NCBI GenBank assembly: GCA_004292675.1
Contig: RDXO01000015.1
Coordinates: 9,115 to 73,114 of the forward strand
From: Alphaproteobacteria bacterium
Lineage (GTDB): Bacteria; Pseudomonadota; Alphaproteobacteria; Rickettsiales; UBA998
Length of the DNA stretch: 64,000 bases
Direction of reading: 5' to 3'
The notes under the pieces are model-generated. The model saw only the letters and a program-made list of their open reading frames with translations. It made no database searches and had not been told where the DNA came from. Below, one piece after another: positions 18,478 through 30,668 of the stretch. A program made the position numbers and the translations under genes. The first letter of the stretch is position 1. Each line of letters begins with the position of its first letter.

Positions 18478-19378
18478 GCAAATGCTTCACGAGATCGGTA
18501 AAGCTAATGCCGTGATGGGCAGCAATTTCTGGTGCAAGCGAAAATTGCGTCATCCCCGGTTGCGTATTAATTTCTAAAATATAGAACATATCTCTACCAA
18601 TGGTTTGATCATCATAGCGAAAATCTGATCGGGTTAAGCCACGGCATCCAAGCGCATTATGGGCGCGCTCTGCCAAACGCAACACTTCCAGATAATCTTC
18701 TGCAGGAATTGGTGCCGGCATCATATGATCTGCTTTGCCTGCCGTATATTTAGCCTCATAATCATAAAATTTATTCTTTGGACGAATCTCGATTGCACCA
18801 AGTGCCTTGCCGTTGAGTACCGCAACCTGAATCTCACGCCCCGGAATATAGGGTTCTACCAACATCAGTGTATCATCAGGAACACATGCGAGAGAACGCA
18901 GATCATATTCTTCAAAAATCAAAAACACATTGACGCTTGATCCATCTGCTGGGGGCTTCACCACAAAAGGATAAGGAAATGGGGATTTATTTTTGATTTC
19001 TCCAATCGTGAATACACCGCCATCGGGTGTGCGGATACCATAATGACGGAACATCGCTTTTGAGCAGACCTTATCCATCGCCATTGCCGAAGCCAACACC
19101 CCTGAATGGGTATAGGGAATGCCTAACAATTCTAATACGCCTTGAATTGATCCATCCTCGCCATATTTACCATGCAGTGCATTAAACACTTTGGTAGGCT
19201 TCAACTCCGTCAATATCTTGCCAATATCAGGCTGCACATCAATAACGCTATAGGGATAGCCCAACTGAATCAATGCTTGCTCCACCGCAAGACCACTCGC
19301 AAGCGAAACTTCACGTTCACTTGACCATCCACCTTTTAATAATGCAATATGTTCACTCATGTTTTTATTACCCTTCAT
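18437..19378 (-). CDS. ddl: D-alanine--D-alanine ligase
   Basis: SEREVSL ... GEDGSIQGVLELLGIPYTHSGV, ATP-grasp fold. Shares an ATGA overlap with the murB stop. Confidence 0.9.
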   Translation of the reverse strand: MKGNKNMSEHIALLKGGWSSEREVSLASGLAVEQALIQLGYPYSVIDVQPDIGKILTELKPTKVFNALHGKYGEDGSIQGVLELLGIPYTHSGVLASAMAMDKVCSKAMFRHYGIRTPDGGVFTIGEIKNKSPFPYPFVVKPPADGSSVNVFLIFEEYDLRSLACVPDDTLMLVEPYIPGREIQVAVLNGKALGAIEIRPKNKFYDYEAKYTAGKADHMMPAPIPAEDYLEVLRLAERAHNALGCRGLTRSDFRYDDQTIGRDMFYILEINTQPGMTQFSLAPEIAAHHGISFTDLVKHLLDHATTDEAVRYG

Positions 19379-20289
19379 TCTACCGTATCACACACTTTGC
19401 CGACACGCTTAATTTCCCATTCCAACATCACGCCACTTGTTTCTAGCACACGACGGCGCACTTCTTCCCCAAGCGATTCTAGATCATTCGCACTAGCTTT
19501 ACCATGATTTATCATAAAATTGCAATGCATCAATGATATTTGCGCATCACCATGGGTAAGTCCACGACACCCCGCTGCATCAATCAGCTCCCACGCTTTA
19601 TGTCCCTCAGGGTTTTTGAAGGTCGAACCACCTGTTTTGCTACGCACTGGCTGCGTTGCCTCACGTGAGCGCATAATATCTTCTATATGCGCATGAATAG
19701 TTGCGGGATCATGCCCTGCACCACCACGCACCCATACCCGTGTTATAATCCAATCCTGTGGAAGCGTTGAACTACGGTAACGAAAGCCGATCGCTTCAGC
19801 ATCCACATGATGAATCGCACCCGCACGATCCACCGCCTCAATGCGCACCACGCATCCTGCCATATCACCACCATAAGCACCTGCATTCATCCGCACTGCA
19901 CCGCCCATCGTACCGGGTATGCCCACCAAAAACTCTAAACCTGCAATGCCTGCATCAGCAGCACAGCGAGCAACATGCGCATCAAGCACCGCTCCCCCTG
20001 CGCACAACATATCCCCGTCATGCGTCACCTGCGCTGCGTCACGTCCTAAACGAATCACGACACCTTCAATGCCACCATCACGCACCAACATATTTGAGGC
20101 AACCCCCATCACCATCACAGGAATATGAAGGGGAAGTTGCGCTAAAAAATCACTTAAATCCTGAGTATCTTCTGGCGTAAAAACGCAATCAGCATTGCCA
20201 CCAACCGCAAACCAACAACGCGATGCCAATGGCACATCAAAACGCAACCGCCCGCGCACCTTCGGCAGATGATCCCGCAACTGCATCAT
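19375..20289 (-). CDS. murB: UDP-N-acetylenolpyruvoylglucosamine reductase
   Basis: Motifs [11 protein letters not shown] and GGSTFKNP are present. I trimmed the start to ATG 20289, which forms an ATGA overlap with the murC stop. The longer track ORF is an upstream extension. Confidence 0.9.
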   Translation of the reverse strand: MMQLRDHLPKVRGRLRFDVPLASRCWFAVGGNADCVFTPEDTQDLSDFLAQLPLHIPVMVMGVASNMLVRDGGIEGVVIRLGRDAAQVTHDGDMLCAGGAVLDAHVARCAADAGIAGLEFLVGIPGTMGGAVRMNAGAYGGDMAGCVVRIEAVDRAGAIHHVDAEAIGFRYRSSTLPQDWIITRVWVRGGAGHDPATIHAHIEDIMRSREATQPVRSKTGGSTFKNPEGHKAWELIDAAGCRGLTHGDAQISLMHCNFMINHGKASANDLESLGEEVRRRVLETSGVMLEWEIKRVGKVCDTVE

Positions 20290-21758
20290 GAACCTACTTT
20301 TGCTGGTTGACTGCCCATATATTCTTGAAGCGCATTCGGCAATGCATTTGCCCATGCAGAAATTGAACCTGCCCCTAGGCAAATGACGTAATCACCTTCT
20401 TGGGCAATGTCCGCAATCGTTGCTGCAAGATCATGTTCCGATTCCAATGCACGCACCTGATGATGCCCATGCTGGCGCATCCCTGCCACCAACGCATCAC
20501 GGCTTATGCCCTCAATAGGTTGCTCCCCTGCAGCGTAAATTTCTGTCACAATCACATAATCCGCTTCATTGGCGCACACGCAAAAATCTTGGAATAGGTC
20601 TCTTAAGCGCGTATAACGATGCGGTTGAATCACTGCAATCACCTTATGATCACTACCTGCGGCTTGACGTGCGCTTTTGAGTGTGGCAACAATCTCAACA
20701 GGATGATGCCCATAATCATCGACAATCGTCACCCCATCCACGCATCCAGTGCGCGTAAACCGACGTTTCACCCCACTAAATTGCCCAAGACCTGAACGGA
20801 TAAGCGTTTCACTCATCCCTAGTTCCAAAGCCACCGCGATGGATGCCAACGCATTACTGACATTATGCACCCCATGCATCGGTAAAAATATCTGTTCAAT
20901 ACGTCGCCCTTGCCCAACTAAATAATCACTTAATTGCACCGTGAACACTTGCCCATCACCATTAATTTGAATATCCAAAGCGCGTACATCTGCTTGCGCA
21001 CTCATACCATAGGTAATAATACGGCGATCAGACACCTGCCCCACCAATTCTTGCACCATTGGATGATCCAAGCACAGCACACAAAAGCCATAAAAAGGGA
21101 TATTTTCTAAAAACTGCTTAAAGGCTTTTTTGAGTGCGTCAAACGAGCCATAATAATCCAGATGCTCAGGGTCAATATTCGTGACAATCGCAATGGTTGC
21201 AGGCAACCGCGTGAATGTACCATCCGATTCATCCGCTTCTACCACCATCCACGCACCTGCACCAACACGTGCATTCGTGCCATAGGCATTGATGATCCCG
21301 CCATTAATCACAGTTGGTTGAAACCCGCCATGCTCCATCAAGGCAGCCGTAAGCGAGGTAGTCGTGGTTTTACCATGCGTCCCCGCAATCGCTACCGTCA
21401 TTTTTAAGCGCACCAACTCCGCCAACATATCGGCACGCTTAATCACAGGAATACGGGCTGCTTGCGCTGCTTCTACTTCGGGATTGCCTTGCTTGATTGC
21501 GGAGGAAATCACCACCACCGCTGCATCGTTCACATTCTGTGCTTCATGCCCAATATGAACCGTAATGCCCATATCCCGCAAGCGTGTGATATTGCCATTT
21601 TCTGCAATATCCGATCCTTGCACCTTATAGCCCAAACTATGCAAAACCTCTGCGACACCACTCATGCCAATGCCACCCACACCGACAATATGAATCAGCC
21701 CGACATCATGCGGAAGCGTGTGGGCAATAGGTAATTTTTTTAAGGGAATAATTGTCAT
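20286..21758 (-). CDS. murC: UDP-N-acetylmuramate--L-alanine ligase
   Basis: [18 protein letters not shown] and the [10 protein letters not shown]-loop. Confidence 0.92.
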   Translation of the reverse strand: MTIIPLKKLPIAHTLPHDVGLIHIVGVGGIGMSGVAEVLHSLGYKVQGSDIAENGNITRLRDMGITVHIGHEAQNVNDAAVVVISSAIKQGNPEVEAAQAARIPVIKRADMLAELVRLKMTVAIAGTHGKTTTTSLTAALMEHGGFQPTVINGGIINAYGTNARVGAGAWMVVEADESDGTFTRLPATIAIVTNIDPEHLDYYGSFDALKKAFKQFLENIPFYGFCVLCLDHPMVQELVGQVSDRRIITYGMSAQADVRALDIQINGDGQVFTVQLSDYLVGQGRRIEQIFLPMHGVHNVSNALASIAVALELGMSETLIRSGLGQFSGVKRRFTRTGCVDGVTIVDDYGHHPVEIVATLKSARQAAGSDHKVIAVIQPHRYTRLRDLFQDFCVCANEADYVIVTEIYAAGEQPIEGISRDALVAGMRQHGHHQVRALESEHDLAATIADIAQEGDYVICLGAGSISAWANALPNALQEYMGSQPAKVGS

Positions 21759-21776
21759 ACGTACCTCTTTAATATT

Positions 21777-22895
21777 CTATGATAGGCGTGCAACACGCTC
21801 TACTAAATCTGCTAAATGCTCCGCTGCTTCAGGTTTACCCAATGCCCGTGCGCTTGCTGCAGCTTTCGCTAAGCTATGTGGCATGGTCAGGAAATATTCC
21901 AGTTTCGCTGCCAATGCTTCAGGAGTGAAGGCATTTTGGGGCATCAACCACCCTCCCCCCATGTCATCGATGGCTTTAGCATTATATTTCTGATGATCAT
22001 CCGCTGCTGAAGGGAGAGGCACAAGAATTGCGGGTCGCCCTGCTGTGGTCAATTCACAAATGGTTGATGCTCCTGCCCGCGCAATCACTAAATGCGCTGA
22101 GGCTAAACGGTTCGGTATATCCGCAAAAAACGGTGCTAAATCTGCATGTACGCCAATAGCTTCATATTCAGCGCGTAATCCTTCCAACTGCTCAGCACGC
22201 ACTTGCTGATCAATACGCACCCGTTTACGCAATGGTGCAGGCAACAACGCCACCGCCTTAGGCACAACATCCCCCAAAATCGCTGCCCCTTGCGATCCTC
22301 CCGTTACCAACACATGCAAAATACCATCAGCAAGCATGGTAGGATAATCTACAGCGCGCAACGATTGAATCGCCGCACGTACAGGATTGCCGATACACTG
22401 CACACGGGTTCGATCTGCTAATTTTATTCCCCCTGTTTCTTCAAAGGAAGTCGCTATGACATCAACACGAGATGCCAATACGCGATTAGCTTTGCCTAAA
22501 ATCGAGTTTTGTTCATGAATAATCGTCGGAATACGCCCCGCTGCAGCACACAAGGTTGGAAAAGAAGGATAACCCCCAAAACCTACGACCACATTCGGGC
22601 GCACTTCGGATAGAATCTTGCGCACCACACGATACGCAATGATATTTTTCACCAATGCTTTGACACGCACCATCAGCGATCCACTCATGCTTGCTGCATC
22701 AATCACATGGGTAGGAATCGATCCTAAAACATAATTACTCGCACGCATATAATGTTCAAAGCGTCGATCTGTTATCACATGCACCTTATAACCACGCGCC
22801 AAAAGACATTCTGCCAACGCTTCTGCAGGGAAAATATGCCCTCCCGTACCTCCTGTTGCTAAAACAACGGTACGTGCCTGTGATGATAGCGTCAT
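21777..22895 (-). CDS. murG: undecaprenyldiphospho-muramoylpentapeptide beta-N-acetylglucosaminyltransferase
   Basis: GGTGGHIFPAEALA N-terminal motif and dcw context. Confidence 0.92.
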   Translation of the reverse strand: MTLSSQARTVVLATGGTGGHIFPAEALAECLLARGYKVHVITDRRFEHYMRASNYVLGSIPTHVIDAASMSGSLMVRVKALVKNIIAYRVVRKILSEVRPNVVVGFGGYPSFPTLCAAAGRIPTIIHEQNSILGKANRVLASRVDVIATSFEETGGIKLADRTRVQCIGNPVRAAIQSLRAVDYPTMLADGILHVLVTGGSQGAAILGDVVPKAVALLPAPLRKRVRIDQQVRAEQLEGLRAEYEAIGVHADLAPFFADIPNRLASAHLVIARAGASTICELTTAGRPAILVPLPSAADDHQKYNAKAIDDMGGGWLMPQNAFTPEALAAKLEYFLTMPHSLAKAAASARALGKPEAAEHLADLVERVARLS

Positions 22896-24061
22896 CCTTT
22901 TTGCCCTTCCATCGGTTGATAATGTTCAAATGATTGCCGTGAGCGCATCCCATATTGTTTGCGCGTTAGCCCCAAAATCGCCCCTGCTGTACACGCCACC
23001 GCAACCAGCGACGAACCGCCATAGCTTAAAAACGGCAACGTCATTCCTTTGGCTGGAAACATACGCACGGCAACCCCCATATTAACCAAAGCCTGAATCC
23101 CGATTTGCGTCACCAATCCTGCCACAGAAAGCATGATGAACATATCCTGAGCTGCCCCTGCCCGGCACAATCCTCGATAAATAATCGCAAAAAATAAACC
23201 AACAATAATCAACGCTACCAAGCCAAATTCTTCCCCAGCCACAGCAAAAATAAAGTCTGTGTGCGCATCTGGTAATTGCCATTTTACCACGCCTTCACCC
23301 GGCCCCTTGCCAAGCAACCCACCCGACGCAAACGACTCCAATGATTTATCAATCTGATAGCTATCCACAGAGGTGGGATCAAGAAAGCCATCAATACGCT
23401 TGGTAACATGTGGGAACGTAAAATAAGCAATCACACCGCCAACAAGCACCACAGCTCCTAAAAGAAAAATCCACCCTAAGGCAATCCCGCCCAACAACAG
23501 CTCCACACCGAGCAGCGTACTCACCACAAAAAACATACCCACATCAGGCTGAATCAATAATAATAAGGCACAAGCCAAATAAATCGCAAACACCAGACGG
23601 TATGCAGGAAAATCAACCGTGCGTTGTCGTTCTGATAATAACCATGCCAGAACCATCACAAAACATGGCTTCATAAATTCCGATGGTTGGATTTTTAACC
23701 CAGCAATCGCAATCCAGCGTGTTGCTCCCTTCGTCTGATCGCCTAAAATAGGCAACACCACCATGAGCAAGAGCGATCCCATAAGCCCTAAAACTGCCAT
23801 ACGCCGAATAGTACGCACCGACAACATCGATACACCAATCATCACCGCAAAGGAAATCACAAGAAATTTATGCTGTGCATAAATAAAATGGTACGGGTCA
23901 TAATCTAGTCGCTGCGCCACAGGCGGAGAAGATGCCGTCACCAACACCGCACTCAGCACCATCAAGAGCGAAAAGCAAATCAACAATACGCGATCTGTCT
24001 GCCACCACCAACGCCCAAACCTTGTGGTATTCGTCCGATCAAACAACATATAATCCCTCAC
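22892..24061 (-). CDS. ftsW: SEDS-family peptidoglycan glycosyltransferase FtsW
   Basis: FtsW/RodA/SpoVE polytopic pattern, and an ATGA overlap with murG. Confidence 0.88.
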   Translation of the reverse strand: MRDYMLFDRTNTTRFGRWWWQTDRVLLICFSLLMVLSAVLVTASSPPVAQRLDYDPYHFIYAQHKFLVISFAVMIGVSMLSVRTIRRMAVLGLMGSLLLMVVLPILGDQTKGATRWIAIAGLKIQPSEFMKPCFVMVLAWLLSERQRTVDFPAYRLVFAIYLACALLLLIQPDVGMFFVVSTLLGVELLLGGIALGWIFLLGAVVLVGGVIAYFTFPHVTKRIDGFLDPTSVDSYQIDKSLESFASGGLLGKGPGEGVVKWQLPDAHTDFIFAVAGEEFGLVALIIVGLFFAIIYRGLCRAGAAQDMFIMLSVAGLVTQIGIQALVNMGVAVRMFPAKGMTLPFLSYGGSSLVAVACTAGAILGLTRKQYGMRSRQSFEHYQPMEGQKG

Positions 24062-24166
24062 GCATGGGTATCTCCCCTTTCATGCTTCGCACCATACACC
24101 GAAGATAGCACATACTCCAGCGTTATTTGATGATGATGCGAGGGTTTTTTTATGATGCCCTATCCG

Positions 24167-24712
24167 CTAAAGTGCTTTCTGCACTTCCGTCTCCTGCACG
24201 CGCCCTTGATGCTGCACATCGGTGAGGTTAGCAATCTCTGCTTCCAGTTCGTGAATTCTAGACTGCATCTGATAATGATTTTCACGCATCATATGCGCTT
24301 GTTTTGCACCCACGCTAAAACCAACCATAGGGGCAACCACTGCTGCCACTAAGGCAGCTCCTACAATAACATTCATGGGTGTGCTATTTCCTTTGAAGGA
24401 CACGTCAGCAATAGCCTCGGCTTCCATGCCAAGTTGGCGTCCGACAAGCCCGGCAATATCCTTAGGATGGATGACAGAGGTATTTTGACTGATATTGTGA
24501 TATTTCTCGGCTACTGCTGCTGCTCCAGATAACGCGATTTCCCCAATACGCTCAAGCGCAGGAACATTGCGATGTATTAATTCCATAACCGAAGCAATCG
24601 ATACGCCCATTAAAACGGTATTCGCAATAAGGCTGTAGCGTTGTGATATGGCATTGCCCACAAGCAATTCATCTACCCCTTGATATTCTACATTTTGTGA
24701 TTTGTTAGCCAT
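24167..24712 (-). CDS. hypothetical protein (one hydrophobic segment, C-terminal coiled coil)
   Basis: 181-aa ORF with no competing ORF and no family recognised. Confidence 0.5.
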   Translation of the reverse strand: MANKSQNVEYQGVDELLVGNAISQRYSLIANTVLMGVSIASVMELIHRNVPALERIGEIALSGAAAVAEKYHNISQNTSVIHPKDIAGLVGRQLGMEAEAIADVSFKGNSTPMNVIVGAALVAAVVAPMVGFSVGAKQAHMMRENHYQMQSRIHELEAEIANLTDVQHQGRVQETEVQKAL

Positions 24713-24760
24713 GTCTCACCTTGCGCCATCATATATGCTATTTGCACACATCATAACCCT

Positions 24761-24885
24761 TATAGTCGTTTGACAAAAAATGATTCATTTTTCATGTCAA
24801 GAAACGACTATAACACTATGATTTATAGTGCTTTCACTATTTAATCATTGCCTGTTTATCGGCAATGATTGAATAGTAGCACTAT
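24761..24885 (+). repeat. palindromic repeat family 2, full copy (two long hairpin modules)
   Basis: Module A is tatagtcgtttgac...gaaacgactata. Module B is atagtgctttcactatttaatcattgcc-loop-ggcaatgattgaatagtagcactat. This copy is the reverse complement arrangement of the copy at 59843-59969. Confidence 0.7.
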
Positions 24886-24947
24886 TGACACACAACCAAA
24901 ACAAAATTCTTATGAAGATTTTGTGACAATGTCAACCCCAGCACGCC

Positions 24948-26891
24948 CTACTCAGGCATCGCCCCTTCATGCGCTAACTGTTCCAACGCCTCATCCAACG
25001 GCATCACTTGTTGTTGCCCACTACCCAAACGACGCATAGCAACAGTGCGCTGATCACGTTCACGATCCCCCACGGCAAGCAATACAGGCACTTTATGGGT
25101 GGAATGATGACGCACCTTATAGTTGATCGTTTCATTGCTGCTATCCGCGAAAGCACGCAAGCCCTTTGCGTTCAACGCTGTGACCACTTCTTGCGCATAG
25201 GATGCATGATCTTGACCAATGGTGAGTACACCCACCTGCGTTGGCGCAAGCCAGAACGGGAATTTACCCGCATAATGCTCAATGAGAATCCCCATAAAGC
25301 GTTCAATCGACCCCATAATCGCACGATGCACCATACACGGACGATGCTTCGCACCATCTTCGCCCATATAGGTGATGTCTAAGCGTTGCGGTAAATTCAT
25401 ATCCACTTGAATCGTACCGCATTGCCAATCGCGCCCAATCGCATCACGCAACACAAAATCCAGTTTCGGAGCATAAAACGCGCCGTCACCTGCATTAAGT
25501 TCCCACGCAAAACCAATGCGATCACATACTTTTTGCAGTACCGCTTCAGCGCGATCCCAATCTTCTTCCGAACCGATACGTTGCTCGGGACGGGTAGAAA
25601 ATTTCACACGCACATCGTCAAATCCTAATTGCGTATAGACCTCACGGATAAGATCGCACATTATGATCACTTCATCTTCTAGCTGATCGGGACGGCAGAA
25701 AATATGTGCATCATCTTGAGTGAAACCCTGCACGCGCATCAAACCATGACGCGCCCCATGTGCTTCATGACGAAACACTTTACCAAACTCCGCCATCCGT
25801 AGTGGTAGATCACGGTAGCTTTTGAGTCCTTGTTTGAATAATTGCACATTCCCCGGGCAACTCATAGGCTTGAGTGCGTAGGCAGCGTCGCTTTCTTCAC
25901 CAATCACAAACATATTTTCACGATATTTATCCCAATGCCCTGAATATTGCCAGAAGGATACATCCAACATTTGTGGCGTGTTGACTTCTGTATAGCCATA
26001 TTTGGTGATTTTCTTGCGCATATACTCAATGAGCAAGCTATAAACCTTCCAGCCATTATGATGCCAAAAAGGTTGCCCCGGTGCGGCATCCTCAAAATGG
26101 AATAAATCCAATTCACGCCCCAATTTACGATGATCGCGCTTTTCTGCTTCTTCTAGCATGGTGATATGCGCTTTGAGTGCCTTATCATCTGCAAAAGCAA
26201 TACCATAAATGCGTTGCAGCATCTTATTTTTGTTATCTCCCCGCCAATATGCCCCTGCAACTTTGGTAAGTGTGAAGGCAGTCGAAATTTTGCTAAAATG
26301 CGGCACATGCGGCCCACGGCATAAATCAACAAAAGCATCTGCACCTTCGCCTTGACGGTACAGTGAAATTTTACCACGTTCGGTTGTATCATCTTCGGCA
26401 GCACCACGAATCAGCTCAGCTTTATAAGATTCTCCACGCGCTTCAAACAAGGCAATCGCTGCATCACGATCCCACATCTCCCGCGCCACGGGCATGTTAC
26501 GCCCTAAAATCTCACGCATACGCGCTTCAATACGTGGCAAATCTTCGGTACTGATCGCCGTTGCGCAATCCACATCATAATAAAAGCCATGATCAATGGT
26601 TGGTCCAATCGCTAATTTTGCATCTGCATAAAGTTCTTTAATCGCCAACGCAAGCACTTGCGCCGTGAGCGTATGACGCATCACATCCAAACCTTCCGCA
26701 TCTTTGAGTGTGAGGAATTGTACAGTTGCCCCCTCAGGGATAATCTCACTTAAATCACGTTGTACGCCATCAACCTTCATCGCAAGAGCTGCTTTGGCAA
26801 GCCCTGCACCAATCGATTGTGCTACCTCAAAGCCTGTCACTGCCGTATCATAATGGCGGGAACTGCCATCAGGCAATCGAACAGAATACAT
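24948..26891 (-). CDS. thrS: threonine--tRNA ligase
   Basis: Reads as ThrS over its full length. I chose the start at MYSVRLPDGS by family convention; the track ORF extends to 26939 via a TTG start. Confidence 0.92.
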   Translation of the reverse strand: MYSVRLPDGSSRHYDTAVTGFEVAQSIGAGLAKAALAMKVDGVQRDLSEIIPEGATVQFLTLKDAEGLDVMRHTLTAQVLALAIKELYADAKLAIGPTIDHGFYYDVDCATAISTEDLPRIEARMREILGRNMPVAREMWDRDAAIALFEARGESYKAELIRGAAEDDTTERGKISLYRQGEGADAFVDLCRGPHVPHFSKISTAFTLTKVAGAYWRGDNKNKMLQRIYGIAFADDKALKAHITMLEEAEKRDHRKLGRELDLFHFEDAAPGQPFWHHNGWKVYSLLIEYMRKKITKYGYTEVNTPQMLDVSFWQYSGHWDKYRENMFVIGEESDAAYALKPMSCPGNVQLFKQGLKSYRDLPLRMAEFGKVFRHEAHGARHGLMRVQGFTQDDAHIFCRPDQLEDEVIIMCDLIREVYTQLGFDDVRVKFSTRPEQRIGSEEDWDRAEAVLQKVCDRIGFAWELNAGDGAFYAPKLDFVLRDAIGRDWQCGTIQVDMNLPQRLDITYMGEDGAKHRPCMVHRAIMGSIERFMGILIEHYAGKFPFWLAPTQVGVLTIGQDHASYAQEVVTALNAKGLRAFADSSNETINYKVRHHSTHKVPVLLAVGDRERDQRTVAMRRLGSGQQQVMPLDEALEQLAHEGAMPE

Positions 26892-27154
26892 CAAAGTGGA
26901 AGGTGCATGGATCATAAAAAAACAACATTCAAAAATCAAAATTACGTATTAAACATTGATGCTATCATGCGTTGCGACAAAAATACAAGCATAAAATGCC
27001 ATCACCCCCCAAGAACCGTACTCATCTCTTTATTTCTGTGTCGACTTGAGCATTCTTTAGCATTATAGTGATTCCCGTAATGATAGACGAGCATTTCTTG
27101 CATTTATGATCATGACGTGCTAAGAAGACGATCCATATATAAAACCATCAATAG

Positions 27155-28195
<1,041 letters not shown>

Positions 28196-28206
28196 AAGAT
28201 GACGCT

Positions 28207-30567
28207 ATGAAATTTACCCTTAGCTGGCTGCATGAATTCCTCGATACCTCCCTTAATGCACAGGATATTGCGATAAAACTCACCCATTTAGGCTTAGAGA
28301 TTGAGTCCGTCCACTTTATGAGTGCGGGATTAGAATCCTTCACGGTGGCGCATATTCTTTCAACTACTCCGCACCCCAATGCTGATAAATTGCGTGTGTG
28401 CCAAGTGCAGACCCATCATGGCGTGCGTCAGATTGTATGCGGTGCGCCTAATGCACGCGCTGATATTAAGGTGATTTTGGCTGATATTGGTGATGTGATT
28501 CCCACCTCTGGCTTAAAAATCAAAGCAAGCAAGATTCGTGATGTTGAAAGCAATGGGATGTTATGCTCTGCCCGTGAACTTGGCATTGGCACAGATGATG
28601 ATGGCATTATGGAACTGGATGCATCGCTAGATGTTGGCATGAAAGCCGTGGATGCGCTAGGGCTTAATGATGTCTTATTTGATGTATCCATCACGCCGAA
28701 TCGTGGTGATTGCTTATCCGTGCTGGGGATTGCACGCGATTTGGCTGCTGCAGGTTGTGGGACGCTGAAAGCACTGCCACCACTCGCTGCAATCGAACTC
28801 CCTCAAGGGCGGGCAGTGACGCTTGCAAGCGATGTATGTCCGCATTTTATACTCTATGAGATTGACAATGTGGTGAATGGCACAAGCCCCGCATGGTTGC
28901 GTTCACGTTTGGAATCTGTGGGAATGCGTTCCATTTCAACCTTGGTGGATATTACCAATTATTTTATGCTTGCCTATGGTCGCCCGCTGCACGTCTATGA
29001 TGCACACAAAGTGGCAGGAGCATTCAGTTTACGCAGCGCACATAGGGATGAGCCTTTTACAGGACTGAGTGGCACGAACTATACTTTGCCTGAAGGACTA
29101 TGTGTGATTGCAGATATGCATGGCGCATGTGCTGTGGGTGGGATTATTGGGGGCAATGCCTCTGGATGTTCGGAGTCCACCACGCATGTACTCTTAGAAG
29201 CTGCATGGTTTGATCCGATTGCTATTGCGGGAGCGGGGCGCACACTCAGCATTGATACAGATGCACGTTATCGCTTTGAGCGCACCGTTGATCCAAGCAC
29301 GACTGAACCTTTTGCGAGGCGCGCTGCTGAGATGATTGTCGCACTTTGTGGGGGTAGCATCACAGCCCGTACTTGCGCTGGAGTCGCCCCGAACCTTGCA
29401 CGCACCATCGCCTATGATCCTGCATTCATGATGCAGCGCACAGGCATGATGGTGGATGAAGCACAACAAGAAACTATTCTGACCGCGATTGGATGTACTA
29501 TCACCAAAGAACACGCCCTATGGCAGGTGTCCACGCCATCGCACCGTCCTGATATGGAAGGCAAAGAAGATATAACGGAAGAAATTGCCCGCATCATTGG
29601 CTATGAGCATCTACCATGTACACCGCTTCCTCCTGCACGCTTGCACGTTCAATCCCCTTCCCTCACTGATAAAGCACGTAGTGTGATGGTAGCACGTGGT
29701 CTGGATGAGGCAGTACATTTCGCCTTTACCTCAGAAGCGAATGCCTCCTTATTTACGGATGATGCAGCATCCTTAGTACGGGTACGCAACCCGATTAGCT
29801 CTGAACTTAGCGTCATGCGTCCGCATTTATTTGCTGATCTCTTACCCGCCGTAGCACGCAACCATGATTACGGACGCACCAATCTTGCACTCGGGGAAAT
29901 TGGCACGGTATTTTTTGGCTGCACACCCGCCGATCAACCGCTTCGGGCATGTGGTGTACGCACGGGAACAACAGGGATGCATTGGCGCGATCAGCATAGC
30001 TATGATGCCTATGATGCCAAAGCGGATCTGCTGCATCTGTTAGAAGGACTAGGGCTAAGTAGTGCTGGCGTGATGGTCGATACCACGAATATTCCGCCTT
30101 ATTATCACCCCTCACAAGCGGTACGTTTATCATTGGGCTATAAAATAACGCTCGGTTTTGCAGGCGCATTGCACCCCGCAACATTACGTGCCTTTGGTCT
30201 AGCGCATCCCGTGATGGGCTGGGAATGCTGGCTAAACCACGTTGCAACATCGTTAAAACCAAAAAAATACACCGCCTTTGTGCCTTGCGCCTATCAAGCG
30301 AGTGTGCGCGATTTCGCCTTTGTGATGGATGCATCCGTTGCTGCGGGGGATGTACGCAAACTCATCGTGAAAGCCAACAAACAATTCATTCGTGATGTGA
30401 CAATCTTTGATGTCTATGAAGGCAAGAATGTTGAGGCAGGGAAAAAGTCCGTGGCTTTTTCTGTGACACTGCAAGCGCATGATCGTACACTTACCCAAGA
30501 GGATATTATGACGGTATCAAATGATATTATTACATCACTACACGCCGTTGGTGCGGTATTACGATAG
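28207..30567 (+). CDS. pheT: phenylalanine--tRNA ligase beta subunit
   Basis: MKFTLSWLHEFLDT start, tRNA-binding, B3/4 and B5 domain order, 786 aa. Confidence 0.92.
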   Translation: MKFTLSWLHEFLDTSLNAQDIAIKLTHLGLEIESVHFMSAGLESFTVAHILSTTPHPNADKLRVCQVQTHHGVRQIVCGAPNARADIKVILADIGDVIPTSGLKIKASKIRDVESNGMLCSARELGIGTDDDGIMELDASLDVGMKAVDALGLNDVLFDVSITPNRGDCLSVLGIARDLAAAGCGTLKALPPLAAIELPQGRAVTLASDVCPHFILYEIDNVVNGTSPAWLRSRLESVGMRSISTLVDITNYFMLAYGRPLHVYDAHKVAGAFSLRSAHRDEPFTGLSGTNYTLPEGLCVIADMHGACAVGGIIGGNASGCSESTTHVLLEAAWFDPIAIAGAGRTLSIDTDARYRFERTVDPSTTEPFARRAAEMIVALCGGSITARTCAGVAPNLARTIAYDPAFMMQRTGMMVDEAQQETILTAIGCTITKEHALWQVSTPSHRPDMEGKEDITEEIARIIGYEHLPCTPLPPARLHVQSPSLTDKARSVMVARGLDEAVHFAFTSEANASLFTDDAASLVRVRNPISSELSVMRPHLFADLLPAVARNHDYGRTNLALGEIGTVFFGCTPADQPLRACGVRTGTTGMHWRDQHSYDAYDAKADLLHLLEGLGLSSAGVMVDTTNIPPYYHPSQAVRLSLGYKITLGFAGALHPATLRAFGLAHPVMGWECWLNHVATSLKPKKYTAFVPCAYQASVRDFAFVMDASVAAGDVRKLIVKANKQFIRDVTIFDVYEGKNVEAGKKSVAFSVTLQAHDRTLTQEDIMTVSNDIITSLHAVGAVLR

Positions 30568-30668
30568 GTTTATTACCCTAAAAGTGTGCGATACATTGTA
30601 CATTTTTGATATATTCTGTGATAACATGACAAGGATTTATATCTGCCACATCATCATGGGTTTACTCT

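Noticed and set aside
24761-24885. The dispersed hairpin repeats (families 1-3) as possible CRISPR arrays.
   Set aside because: The copies are kilobases apart and are not arranged as regularly spaced short repeats with unique spacers. No cas genes are present.
24886-24947. An AT-rich hairpin (acaaaat...attttgt) followed by a T-rich run downstream of thrS, as an intrinsic terminator.
   Set aside because: The stem is only 7 AT-rich base pairs and the T-tract is interrupted. That is too weak to call.
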